Shown: positions 45,530-61,421 of the stretch, in pieces | Position numbering within the stretch: the first letter of the stretch is position 1 | Layout of the letters: every line of letters starts with the position of its first letter | Origin: the human T2T-CHM13v2.0 reference genome, Homo sapiens | Length of the DNA: 64,000 nucleotides | NCBI RefSeq assembly: GCF_009914755.1 | Contig: NC_060946.1 | Strand: one strand, 5' to 3' | Notes under the pieces: model-generated | The model's input: only the letters and a program-made list of their open reading frames with translations | What the model was told of the DNA's origin: nothing | The model's database searches: none | Made by a program: the position numbers and the translations under genes

Positions 45530-46640
45530 AAAGAAAGAGAGGGTGGGAGATAGCGAGAGCCAGAGACCGGTTGAGAGAGAGACAAAGACAGAGACAGAGA
45601 GACACAAAGAAACACAAAGAGAGAAAGACAGAAAGAGAGAGAGAGACAGACAGATAAAGACACAGACAGAGAAAGACAGAGATGGACAGAGACAGAGAGA
45701 AACAGAAAGAGAGACAGAGACAGAAAGAGAGAGAGACAGACAGAGAGAGACAGACAGGCAGACAGGCAGACAGTCAGAGAAAGAGAGTAAGACAGAAGGC
45801 AGACACACACACACAGAGACAGAGACAATGGACAGACAGAGAGAAAGAAGGAGAGAGACAGATAGAGAAAGAGACAGAGAGAGAAAGACAGAGACAGACA
45901 GAGGGAGACAGAGAGAAACAGAGACAAAGAGAGAGAGAAACAGACAAGGAGAGAGAGAGAGACAGACAGACAGGCAGAGAAAGACAGTAAGACAGAAGAC
46001 AGACACAGAGAGAGACAAGCAGAGACAGACAGAGAGACAGAGAAACAGACAGAGAGAGAGAGAAAAAAACAGACAGGGAGAGAGAGAGAGACCTACAGAC
46101 AGACAGACAGGAAGAGAGACAGAAACAGCGAGACAGAGAAAGAGAGATACACACAGACAGACAGACAAAGAGACAGACAGAGAAAGACAGAGACGGACAG
46201 AGAGAGACAGAGAGAAACAGAGAGAGAGACAGAGAGAGACAGACAGGCCGGAGGAGAAAGAGAGTAAGACAGAAGACAGACACAGTGAGAGAGACAGGCA
46301 GAGAGAGAGAGACACAGAGACAGAGAGACAGAGAGAGAGAGACAGACAGAGAGACAGACAGAGAAAGACAGAGATGGACAGAGAGAAACAGAAAGAGAGA
46401 GACAGAGAGAAAGAGACAGACAGGGAGAGAGAGAGAGAGAGAGACAGACAGGCAGAGAGAGAGAGAGACAGACAGGCAGAGAGAGAGAGAGACAGACAGG
46501 CAGCGAAAGAGAGTAAGACAGAAGACAGACACAGTGAGAGAGACAGGCAGAGAGACAGAGAGAGAAATAGGCAGAGAGAGAGAGACAGAGACAGAGAGAA
46601 GACGGAGAAAGAGAGACAGAGAGACAGAGAGAGGAGGAGG
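45530..46640. repeat. IGS complex (GA)n/(GACA)n microsatellite block
   Basis: Purine-rich GAGA/GACA repeats with a recurring AGAGAAAGAGAGTAAGACAGAAGACAGACACAGTGAG motif. Confidence 0.95.
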
Positions 46641-46719
46641 AAGGGCGCACTCAGGAAATAATTACACATATTTTATAAGGCTTTTGATCCCATAAACGGT
46701 GGCCGAGTTGTGCTTTGAA

Positions 46720-46775
46720 AACAACAACAACAACAGCAACAAGAGCAGCAGCAGCAGCAAGAGCAGCAGCAGCAA
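46720..46775. repeat. (CAA)n/(CAG)n microsatellite
   Basis: ACAACAACAACAACAGCAAC..GCAGCAGCAGCAGC read directly. Confidence 0.9.
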
Positions 46776-47904
46776 TCGCTTACGGATTTCTAGAACATAA
46801 GATGTTCTGAAGTCTAGTAAACATCAACCGGCTCTCACTATACGTTCAGAGATTCACAAAATCGTTAGTTAACAACAGGAGAAAACCGCAGCTAACATGT
46901 CTTGGGGAAAAATATACGTCTTCCTGAAAACTGGGGATTTCTACTTCATCTAAAAAGAAATACAAAAGAAAAAGGAAAAACACGAACAAAACAAAACAAG
47001 CCAACAAACACGGGCCAAGGCACTGTCCCTGGAAATCTTAAGTGAGCAAAGTATTAGTTTTCAGAAAGCGTTTCTATTTTGGGCAAATGCTAAGAAGGCC
47101 CAGACTAGAGCTGTGACGTCATTCCCATTGTGAAACTATGCTGGCCGGAGGGCGGAGAAACTAAAACATCATGATAAAAGGTGACTGAGACCCAGCCAGG
47201 GTGAAGCTTTCCTAGGGAGGGAGGCCTGAAGAGGGAAGCGGGGGAAAAAACCCACAACTGCAGACCCGCCCGCTTGCCCACGCGGGTCAAGGGCTATGCC
47301 ATTGGCCCAAGCTGCCTCTGGGGAAGTGGGACCGGGCCACCCCCATCTTCAAAAACGGTGGCCACTGAGTGAGGCCTGACGCCCACCGTTGCAAATGTCA
47401 GCCTGGCAAGAATGAGATCGCCGGCAAGGGGTGGGGGAAGGGGAGAGAAGACGGAGGCACACCGGGGTGGCTCCGGAAGGTTTCCAAGCAGGGTGTTGGG
47501 AGGCGGGGGGTGGGGAGTTTGGGTGGAACCCACCTAACTGACTCACTAAATGAAGGTAAAGGGACGTGGGTAGTGGGGGGAGCCGGGGGGCGACTTGAAA
47601 ATTAAACTGACCCCTCCTAAAACCCAAGTAGAAGAGTCTATGCGCATGAAAGAAACCAACACACAAAGAAAACTAAAGCGCTGATCAAAGAACAATAGGG
47701 CCCCCGCCAGGGCGGAGGTTCCCTAGGCAAAGAGTGAGAGAGGGAGGGGCCTCCAGAAGGGAGAGAGAGAAATCGGTTGCCCCAGGCTCCGTGAAGTCAG
47801 CGAGACCTCCCTCCGTGTCACCTCGACTTTCAATAACAGTGGCCGCTAGGTGATGCCCGAAGACAACCGATGCCTGCAAGTGTCAGTCAGCACGGAAAAG
47901 AATG

Positions 47905-48214
<310 letters not shown>

Positions 48215-48459
48215 TTAACCGTGTATTTTTAAGTCGAGGAGCTGATCAGGAAAATATGAGAATTAGGGATGCCACACATGACAGAGAGAAAAGTGTGAAA
48301 ATGCCCCTTCCATCCAAGTGGGGACCCGGCCTCGACCTCCCGAAATCATAAGCCGAGTGGCGAAGCCTAGCAAGTCTCGTCGGTCTAGATTCCTCTGGGC
48401 CTCTCTAAGCAGGCGCTTCTCACTTTCGTGGAAGGGGCAGGGCCCTCCCCGGCACGGGG

Positions 48460-50175
<1,716 letters not shown>

Positions 50176-50221
50176 GGAAGGTCCTAGCCCAGTAGCGATA
50201 CAGTGACTTTTCTTTCATTGT

Positions 50222-50294
50222 ATCTTTCTTTTCTGGTTTTCTTTTTTCTTTTCTTTTTCTTTTCTTTTCTTTTCTTTTTTCCTTTCTTCTTTTC

Positions 50295-50330
<36 letters not shown>

Positions 50331-51197
50331 TCATTTATTTATTAGGAGACCAAGTCTCACTCTGTCGACCAAGCTATAGTGCAGTGGCACCATCCCGGGT
50401 CACTGAAACCTCTGCCTGCCAGGTTCAAGAGATTCTCCCGCCTCAACCTCCCGAGTAGCTGGGACTACAGGTGCCTGCCCCACCGCGCCCGACTCAGTTT
50501 AGTATTTTCAGTAGAGATTGAAAATACGAAACTGAGTCAGTTTCACCATGTTGGCTACGCTGGTCTTGAACTCCTGACCTCGTGACCCACCCACCGCGGC
50601 CTCCCAAAGTGCTGGGATGACAGACGTGAGCCACTGCATTCTGTGTACAGTGCCATTTCTTAGAAATAACTCATGGGAACACACACTTATATGTCATGTG
50701 TAGAGATTTTATTTATTTATTTATTTATTTATTTATTTGCACGGGAAGGTGGGAGGACGGAGTTTCGCTCTTGCTGCCCAGGCTAGAGTGCAATGGCATA
50801 GGGGACTCAACGAGTCAACCTATGGCAGACAGGACATGTCATTCTGAGCATAAGGGCCGCAGGGAAAAATGTTAGGGCCCGCGCTTTTAAAGGCTGAAAT
50901 CCCGGTGGCTCAGGCCTGTCGTCCCAGCACTTTGGGAGGCCCAGGAGGGTGGATCACTTGAGGTCAGGAGTTCAATACCAACGTGGCCAACATGGAGAAA
51001 CCTCATCTCTACTAAAAATAGAAAAATTAGCCTGCTATCGTCGTGCGCGCCTGTAATCCCAGCTACCAAAGAAAAATCACTGGAACCCGAGAAGCAGAGG
51101 TTTCAGTGAGCCGAGAGAGCGCCACTGCACCACAGCCTGGGTGAAAGAGCGAGAGAGACTCAATCCAAAAAAAAGAAAAGAAGAAAAAAAAAAAAAG
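50222..51197. mobile_element. Alu cluster: minus Alu with (TTTC)n tail 50222-50640, minus fragment 50706-50798, plus AluS 50901-51197
   Basis: Alu motifs on both strands. Confidence 0.85.
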
Positions 51198-51339
51198 AAC
51201 AGGCCCAAGTACTGCATTGTCGCTGAATGTTCCCCTAAAAGGCCAGAAACACCCTGACTCAGGTCAAGGAGGTGGTGTTTCGTTTCACTTCTCTCTCTCT
51301 CTCTTTCCCTCTCTCTCTCCCTTTCTCTCTCTTTCTCCC

Positions 51340-51630
51340 CTAACTTTCATTTCTTGTTCAAACATACATGTGCAAGATCGTTACATAGGTAAACTTCTGA
51401 CGGGGGGGTTCAGTGTGCAGATGATTTCATCGCCCGGACACTCAGTGCAGTACTCGACAGTTTTCATGTTTTGTTTTGGTTTGGTTTCTCCTGAAGCTGT
51501 CTCTCCTTCCACCCCTCCTCCCTCAAGTAGGCTCCCGCGTCTCTCGTCACCCTCGTTCTGCCCACGCAGAATTCTCATCTATAAGTTCTCACTTATGGAT
51601 GAGAACACACGGTATTTAGCTGATTGTTGC
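51340..51630 (-). mobile_element. Old L1 (L1PA15/16- or L1PB-like) 3'UTR fragment
   Basis: TACATGTGCAAG..TTACATAGGTAAAC..TCTCACTTATGGATGAGAAC resembles an old L1 3' end. Confidence 0.55.
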
Positions 51631-52234
51631 TTTCATCCTAGGTGGTGGCGGTGAAAGAGACATGACATTAAATCGACCCTTAGGACGCTCCCCTCCGTCC
51701 CCACCACGCACCCCCTCCCCCCACACACCCTCATTCCTGCACCCCCTCCTCAAACTCAGGAAAGGAAGAAAGACAGAAATTAAATTAAGAGGTCAGCCTC
51801 CAAGGCGGTGAAGGCAGGGGATCTCAAAGGGTGAGCAAGCGATGGGGGTCGGGGAATGTCTTGGCTGAGCTTGCAACAATAGGGGACCGAGTTTCCAGCC
51901 CCACCACATCCCCTAATCCTCAGCCGCAGCCAGCCTCTGGGTGGGGTTGCACCTGTAAAATCTTCTGAATGGAGAGAAGTCCAAGGCAATGGAAGGCATC
52001 AGCTCCAACTCCAGGAAGGAAATAGGGCTTTGTGCATTTGAATGGGGCTTTAGAACGATGCGCCTCGCCTTGCATCGCCTCGACCAGAGCAAGACTCCCT
52101 CTCAAAATCAATCAATCAATCAATAATAAAAAAATTCATCAATAAATGAAAGAAAGAAGAAAAGAAAGAAAGAAGAAAGGAAAGAAAGAAAGAAAGAAAG
52201 AGTACAGCGGTCATGGTCGTGAATCATTCCCCGG

Positions 52235-53540
<1,306 letters not shown>

Positions 53541-53666
53541 TAATCTTTTTAATAAATTGTAGAGAAGGGGTTTCGTCAGCCGCCGGGTGGAGGGTGAGGT
53601 GGGTTTTACTCAGACTGCATACTGTGAAAAGGATAAATTAGTGTGGTTTGTGAACTAGATGTGGAA

Positions 53667-53668
<2 letters not shown>

Positions 53669-53727
<59 letters not shown>

Positions 53728-53728
53728 C
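53669..53728. repeat. (TG)n(AG)n compound microsatellite
   Basis: Read directly from the sequence. Confidence 0.95.
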
Positions 53729-54129
53729 CAATCCCACCATGAGGACCCGGAAATGGAGTTTGATTTGGGTCTCTGTCTAGTCACCTCTCTGTCTGTAGAT
53801 GACTGAGGATTCCACAAATGAAGGTCAGCAGTATCCATTGAGCTGTTTCTCCCTCTCATGCGTCTCATCTGTGTGGTGGAGAAAGGGAAGAAAAGAGGAT
53901 CTGATGGGAAGTTGTCTTCATGCCTGAGGAAGCTGAAGGCAGGCTGACTGTAAGGAGGGCATCCTATGTGACATTTCCATACCTGGGCACCCTTTACAAT
54001 GCTGGGGCTGCCAGTCCACCCTGTACGTCAACCCACCACCAAGAACAGCACGGTCCGGGGTGGTCCAGTCTCATCCCATGCATCCGGCCCACCCGGGGAA
54101 TCTAGTGGAAGTACTCACTGGAGGATTCG

Positions 54130-54508
54130 ACACCTTAGAATACTATGCACCAAAAAAAATGATGAGTTAATGTACTTTGTAGGGACATGGATGAAACTGG
54201 AAACCATCATTCTCAGCAAACTATCACAAGGACAAAAAAACAAACACCGCATGTTCTCACTCATAGGTGGGAACTGAACAATGAGAACACATGGACACAG
54301 GAAGGGGAACTTCACACACCGGGGACTCTTGTGGGGTGGGGGGAGGAATAGCATTAGGAGATATACCTAATGCTAAATGACGAGTTAATGGGTGCAGCAC
54401 ACCAACATGGCACATGTATACATATGTAATAAACCTGCACGTTGTGCACATGTACCCTAAAACTTAAACTATAATAATAATAAAATAAAACAAGAAAAAA
54501 AAGAAGAA
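54130..54508 (+). mobile_element. Short 5'-truncated L1PA 3' end
   Basis: ..[28 protein letters not shown]1 3'UTR and A-rich tail. Confidence 0.92.
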
Positions 54509-55139
54509 AGCGTCAACGCGGCTCCCTTGGGGTCGCCGGGCGTAGGCCAGCCGGTGGAGGGTGGCTGGACATGAAGGGGGGCGGGGCATCGGCCTCAGAG
54601 CTCCTTGGAAGGTGGCAGGCAGCCGGTGGGGGACGCTGAGCCAGAGACGTCTGACAGGATATAGATCTGGAAGCCGCGTCAGTCCTCTCCCATACCTCTC
54701 CCACGGAAAATCCCACAGCGGCGGTGGGAGCCTTGGCTGGGGGAGAAGCGGGGACAAGGGGGAGAGGGAAGGAGGCCCTCGGGAGGATTTAGCACTGAAA
54801 ACCCACCCAGTCAAGCTCCCTCCCTCCTATTGGGTCCAAGGTACACCCTGGGAGGCGGCAAGAGAAACGTTCACCCCGTGCTTTTTGTCTTTCTCTTTAT
54901 TTTTTTCATCTTTTCAATTTTACAAGAGATGCTCATTTCAACAATCAGGCGGTTGATGTGATGGGAGAAGTGTCAAGTCCAGGAGTTCGAGACCAGCCCT
55001 AGCAACTGAGCAACACAAGTAGGAGAGCCCAGCTGAAAACTATGAAAAAAAGAAGGAGGAGGAGGAGGAAATAAAAGAAAAAAAAAAAGAAAAGAAAGAA
55101 AAGAAAAGAAGAGAAAAAAGTTAAAATTCTCCAATTGTG

Positions 55140-55460
55140 CAGGCACAAAAAGAGTGATTTCACGTCTTTTCCCACAACATGGGTAGAGCTGGAAGCAAGT
55201 ATGTACCCAGTGAACTGCCTTCTGCTTACAAGTGGGAGGTAAATAATGGGTACACGCACGGTCATCAAGATGGAAATAACAGACACTCCAAAAGGGAGGA
55301 GGAGGGTAAGAGGGGGACGAGGAATGAATTAATCGCCCCTCAGAGACAACGTCCACCACGTGGGTAACGGATACACTGGAGGTCCACTTCTACATCCGGA
55401 AGCAGTAGTAAGCTGATCTAACAAACAAGCACATACACCCCCTGAGTCTGTAAAATACCA
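55140..55460 (+). mobile_element. Degenerate old L1 (L1PB/L1MA-like) 3' fragment
   Basis: AGTGGGAGGTAAATAATGGGTACAC..AATAACAGACACT..CACATACACCCCCTGAGTCT. Confidence 0.5.
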
Positions 55461-55854
55461 AAACAATGACGACAGCACCAGCAGCAGCAGCAGCAACAAC
55501 AACAGAACAGAAGCTGGAACACAAAACCACCACCACCACCACCACAATCACCAGTTGGGGGTTTGGGGAGTCTGGCCGCGCTCGAGGCCCTCAGGCTCAG
55601 TCCCCTCGGGATTAAAAAAGAAAACAGCAGACTCATTCCTGTCTGTAGGCAGGAAAAATCCAATCAAAGTTCTCCGTTGCTAGAAAGGGAAGTAGAATAA
55701 GGAGAAGGGCTTATTGATCTTCTTGTGATCGATCGAGACCATACATGTAGAAAAAAATTAAATACAGACAGCAACAGTTTCTACACTGTTCAAAAGCATC
55801 GGAGATCAGGCGCACCACACACCATGGGGCTTGAGCCACTAGAAAGAAAAGGCA

Positions 55855-56315
<461 letters not shown>

Positions 56316-56602
56316 ACCTACAAGCATACTCAGAGATAGTGTGGGTTTGGTTCCAGACAACCACAATAAGGAAAATGTTACAATCAAGTTAGTCACATAC
56401 ACATTTTGTTTCCCAGTGTTTATAAAAGTTATGCTTAAACTATGTTGTAGTCTAATGAGTATTTAATAATTAATTATTAATTAATTAGTAATCGCATTAT
56501 GTCTAAAAAACTATGTACATACCTTAACTTAAAATACCTCATTGCTGAAAAATACTAATGAATATCTGAGCCTCATCAGGTCATAATCTTTTTGCTGGTG
56601 AG

Positions 56603-57630
56603 TGAAGGGGTGGCCTGCCCCTCCACACTTGCGGGTATTTCTAGTGAGGTGGGACGAGAGACTGAGAAAACAAGTAAGACACAGAGACAAAGTATAGAGA
56701 AGCAACAGTAGGCCCAGGGGACCAGCGCTCAGCATGACAAGGACCTGCACAAGCACCGGCCTCTGAGTTCCCTTAGTTTTTATTGGTTATTATTTTCATT
56801 ATTTCAGCAAAAAGGAATGTAGTAGGAGAGCAGGGTGATAATAAGGAGAAGGTCAGCAAAAAACATGTGAGCAAAAGAATCTATGTCATAATTAAGTTCA
56901 AGGGAAGTTACTATGATTGGACGTGCACGTAAGCCAGATTTATGTTTCTCTCCACCCAAACATCTCAGTGGAGTAAAGAATAACAAAGCAGCATTACTGC
57001 AAACATGTCTGTCCTCCCACCATAGGGCGGTTTTTCTCCTATCTCAGAATTGAAGAAATGTACAATCGGGTTTTATACTGAGACATTCAGTTCCCAGGGG
57101 CAGGCAGTAGACAGTGGCCTTCCTCTATCTCAACTGCAAGAGGCTTTCCTCTTTTACTAATCCACCTCAGCACAGACTCTGAATGGGTGTCGGGCTGGGG
57201 GACAGTCAGGTCTTTCTCATCCCACGAGGCCATATTTCAGACTATCATATGGGGAGAAACTTTGGACAATACCCTGCCTTCAAGGGCAGAGGTCCCTGCG
57301 GCTTTCTGCAGTGCATTATGCCCCTCGTTTATTGAGATTAGGGAATGGCAATGACTTTTACCAAGTATACTGCTGGTAAACATTTTGTTAACAAGGCACG
57401 TCCTGCACAGCTCTAGATCGCTTAAACCTTGATTTCATACAACACATGTTTTTGTGAGCTCCAGGTTGGGTCAAAGTGGCTGAAGCAAAGTGGCTGGGGC
57501 AAAGCTACAAATTAACAACATCTCAGCAAAGCAATTGTTTAAAGTACAAGTCTTTCAAAATGGAGTCTCTTATGTTTTTCCTTTCTATATAGACACAGTA
57601 ACAGTCTGATCTCTCTTTCTTTTCTCTACA
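56603..57630 (-). mobile_element. HERV-K(HML-2) solo LTR (LTR5A/B-like)
   Basis: Minus strand runs TGTAGAGAAAAGAAAGAGAGATCAGACTGTTACTGTGTC..GGAGGGGCAGGCCACCCCTTCA; 1028 bp. TSD GTGAG at 56598-56602 and 57631-57635. Confidence 0.92.
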
Positions 57631-58504
57631 GTGAGGGTCTTGCCTCTATGTTGATGGCTGCTGACTGATCAGTGTGGGGGCTGCTGAAGATTGGGTGCCT
57701 GTGTCAATTTCTTAAAACAATGAAGTTTGTTCCTTTCACAAAACATTTCCCTGTAGCATGTGATGCTGTTTGATAGCATTTTATCCACAGTAGAACTTCC
57801 TTCAAAATTGGAGTAAACCCTCTCAAACCCTGCTGCTGCTTTATCAACTAGGTTTATGGAATATTCTAAATCCTTTGTTGTTATTTCAACAAACTTCATA
57901 GCATCTCCACCTGGAGTAGATTCTATCTCAAGAAAATATTTTCTTTGCTCATCCATAAGCAACTCCCCACTTGTTCAAGTTTCATCATGAGTTTACAGCA
58001 ATTTAATCTCATCTTAAGGCCCTAATTCTAATTCTGGTTGTCTTGTGATTTCTACCACATCTGTAGGGACTTCCTCCACTGACATCCTGAGCCCTCAAAG
58101 TCTTCCATGAGGGCTGGAATCAACTTCTTCCAAACTCCTGTTAATGTTGATATTTCAACCTCCTCCCATCAATCACAAATGTCCTTAATGGCATTTGCTA
58201 TTAAGGACATTTGTGATTCACGGGAGGAGGTTGAAATATCATGAAGGGATTAATGGTGAAACCTTTCCAAAAGGTTTTCAATTCAGTTTATCCAGATTCA
58301 TCAAAGAAATCACTATCTATGACAGCTATACCTTTATAAAATGCATTTATTATTTAATATAAACACTTGAAAGTCAAAACCACTCCTTGATCCACAGGCT
58401 GAAGGATAGATATTGTATTAGCAGCCATGAAAATAACATTAATTTCCAAGTACATCTCCATCTAAGCTTCTGGGTAGCTAGGTGAATTGTCAATAAGCAG
58501 CTAT

Positions 58505-58824
58505 CTTTTTTCTTTTTTTCTTTTCTTTCCTTTTTTTTTTCCTTTATGTAGTTTCCCTCTTGTTACCCAGGCTGGAGGGCAGTGGCGTGGTCTCGGCTCA
58601 CTGCAACCTCCGCCTCCAGGGTTCAAGCCATTCTTCTGCGTCAGCCTCCCAAGTAGCTGAAATTACAGGTACCACCACCATGGCCGGCTAATTTTTTTGT
58701 GTTTTTATTAGAGACAGGGTTTCATCATTTTCGCCAGGCTGGTCTCCAACTCCTGACCTCAGGCGATCCACCCACCTCGCCTCCCAAAGTGCAGTGATTA
58801 CAGGTGTGAGCCACTGTGCCTGGC
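58505..58824 (-). mobile_element. AluS inside Tigger1
   Basis: T-rich tail, reverse Alu body; flanking AAGCAGC on both sides. Confidence 0.88.
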
Positions 58825-59261
58825 CAAGCAGCAATCCTTTAAAGGAATCATTTTTGTTTTTTCTTTTTTTGTTTTTTGTTTTTTTCTGAGCAGTAGGTCT
58901 CAATAGTGGGATTAAAATATTCAGTAAACCATGCTCTTAACAGATGTGTTGTCACTCAGATTGTGATGTTCCATTTCTAGAGCACAGAAAGAATAGATTT
59001 TGCATAATTCTTAAGGGCCCTGAGTTTTTCAGAGTGGTCAATGAGCATTGGCTATAACTTAAAGTCACCAACTGCAGTGGTCCTCAAAGAGAGTCAGCCC
59101 ATCCTTTGAAGTTTTGAAGTCAAGTGTTGATGTCTCTCTAGCAATGAAAATTTTACATCTTCAGTAAGCTTAATCATTTCTAGCTCTGGACTTAAATTGA
59201 GAGACATGCAATTCTTCCTTTCATTTGAGCTCTTTGAGGCCACTGTGGTTACTAATTAACA

Positions 59262-60016
59262 TCCCCAGCGGGTGTCATCCTCCTCCCTCCTCAATCGAGT
59301 TCACCCACACAGGGGCGTGGGGAACAGGGCTTCCCGCACCCCACACGCCCTGCACGCCTGGGGCTCTCCACATGGGGCTTTCGTGAGCCAGGGAGCAAGG
59401 GCCTTCCCCCCGCTCCAGCCCAGCCAGGCTGCGCAGGCAGAAGGAATCTCTCAACCTGCCCCTGCACGCGGGGATTTTGTGTTCGCTGCCCTGGCTCCTC
59501 TGGAAGTAGGACTGTCCCACCCTCAGACTCCTCGGTGGCCTCCGCAGCCTAACAAATGCCAGGAGGAAGAGGACCCGCAACACGGCGGCCTGCTGGGTGC
59601 GTGCTCAGTGGGACAGCTTGGGCCCCCTCAAGCTGAGTCACAGGGGCAAGGTGTGTTTGCGCCACCCACGTCCCACCGGAGTCCGGGTGGGGCTAGAGCC
59701 CCATGTCGCCAGGGCAGCATGGGAAACCGAATACCGGGCACCTCCACCTCTGAAGCTCGCGACCCCGGAGGCCTCCGCGTCAACCACAGATGCAAGCCAT
59801 CCAGGCACCTCCCAACCACTCCAGGAGTCGGGGCGCTCGTCTACACACACCCCCAGCCTGTTAGATGAGCTCCTGTCAAGCCCAGAGTTTCAGCAAAAGG
59901 CACAACCTTTCCTAGATCCGGCGCCACTGGGGAAGCTGAAGGACGTGGAAGAGCCCGCTCCGCTGGAACCACTCCTCAGCCAGGAAGAACACCCGGCTCT
60001 GCTGGAGGAGCTTTAG
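59262..60016 (+). pseudogene. DUX4L: DUX4-like pseudogene, C-terminal part only (no homeodomains), frameshifted
   Basis: Peptides [35 protein letters not shown] and [25 protein letters not shown] match the DUX4 middle and C-terminus. Confidence 0.93.
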
Positions 60017-61421
60017 GACGCGGGGTTGGGGTGGGGTGGGGGCAGGGCCGCGGCCTCTCTTTCGCAGTGAACCTCTGACTCGGTATGGAGCGGCTTGTCT
60101 TCCCTTCCAGCTGACCTGCTTAGGATCCCTGAGTTCCAGGTCCCGTGAGAGACTCCACTCAGAGGAGGGCTATCATTCTTTGCTGAGCATTCCGGGGATC
60201 CCAGGGCCCGTCCAGGTACCGGGAGGCGGACCGTCTACTGCTCATGTGCGGATTAGCAGGCAGTAGCCTAGGTTTTCTAACTAGCCTAGGCGGAGCTCTC
60301 TTCCCTTCCCTCTTGCCCCCTGCCGCGTTCTTCAGTGGGGCGGGCGGAGACCTCCATCCCGGGAAACACTGGCCCGGTCAGACGCCAGGCCTGCTCTTCT
60401 TTCCGCGTCTCTCCTCCTCTGCCTCCCCGCCCCACCTTCACTCGCCTACCCTTGCCCCGCCAGCTTCCTCGGCATCGCTGTGGAGCGCCTGACAGCTAAA
60501 TGCAGACCCGAGACCCCGTGCAAGCCAGGGTGCTGCCCTTTCTAAGCGGGAGGGAACTCAGGCAGAGATGGGGAGGCGAACGGAGACAGAGAGGGAGAAA
60601 GCGATGGAGGGAGGAAAGAACGGATGGACCGTGGGACCTTGGAAAGGATGGAGGGATAGAAGGAGGGGGAGAGGGAAGGAGGGAGGGAGGAAGGGAGGAA
60701 CTGAGGGAGGGACGGAGGGAAAGAGGGTGGGAGGGAGCAAGAAACAGAGAGAGGAAGGCAGAGAGAAAAGTAGTCTTCTGCCTCCAGGACCAGCAGGATC
60801 TCGCACTCCGGGAAAATGTTGGGTGCCCAGTGCAGGCTAAGTGCTCGGGCCACAGCCGCGTCGGCCTGCGGCGCTCTCACCGGCCCTCCGGATCGCCAGC
60901 CTGGGTTACTTCATCCGGGAGCAATTCAGACGAATTTCGTCTCCCAAGGAATGAGCGAACTGCCCAGAGAGCAATGAGCCGAGACTCGGGTGATTGTCCA
61001 TTTTTCATCCACATGGTTCACAGATGAGATAGCCCCACGTTGAGCCTGCAACGGAGCGCGAGGTGGATAGTCCCGTCCACACAGGAGTCACACTCAGGCC
61101 GACTGAAGCGTGGTTTCGGGTTCCACGTTCCTTTGCCTTCTGCAAGGGGGCCTGTTGCTCATGCGTCTCTAGCCCCCGAAAGCGTGACCATGTTGACTGT
61201 TTGTTTCCCGAGCTCTGTGGGGACACAGAAACCTCCAGAGAACCGTGGAAAAGCAGCATCGTGTCTTCGCTCTCCTTTCCAGTTTCCTGTTTGGAAACAG
61301 GCCATAGTGGAGACTCCCCATGTCGCAGGAAACAGGAATCCATCCTCAGGCCGTGATGCACCGGGGGTTTCTTTTCTCTGTAGTTTCGCTCTCGTTTTCC
61401 ACATGAAAATGAACGAGATCC
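59262..61421 (+). repeat. Partial D4Z4-like macrosatellite spanning a unit boundary (KpnI GGTACC 60215-60220)
   Basis: Post-stop sequence, KpnI site, purine-rich GGAG tract and GGGGCCTGTTGCTCA..CCCCCGAAAG..GAAAATGAACGAGA are collinear with the next D4Z4 unit. Confidence 0.85.

Larger units (their letters stand above)
56321..59257 (-). mobile_element. Tigger1 DNA transposon (one end missing), interrupted by LTR5 and Alu
   Basis: TA + TIR-like CAAGCATACTCAGAGATA at 56321. Transposase remnant [41 protein letters not shown] (57669-57962). Confidence 0.9.
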
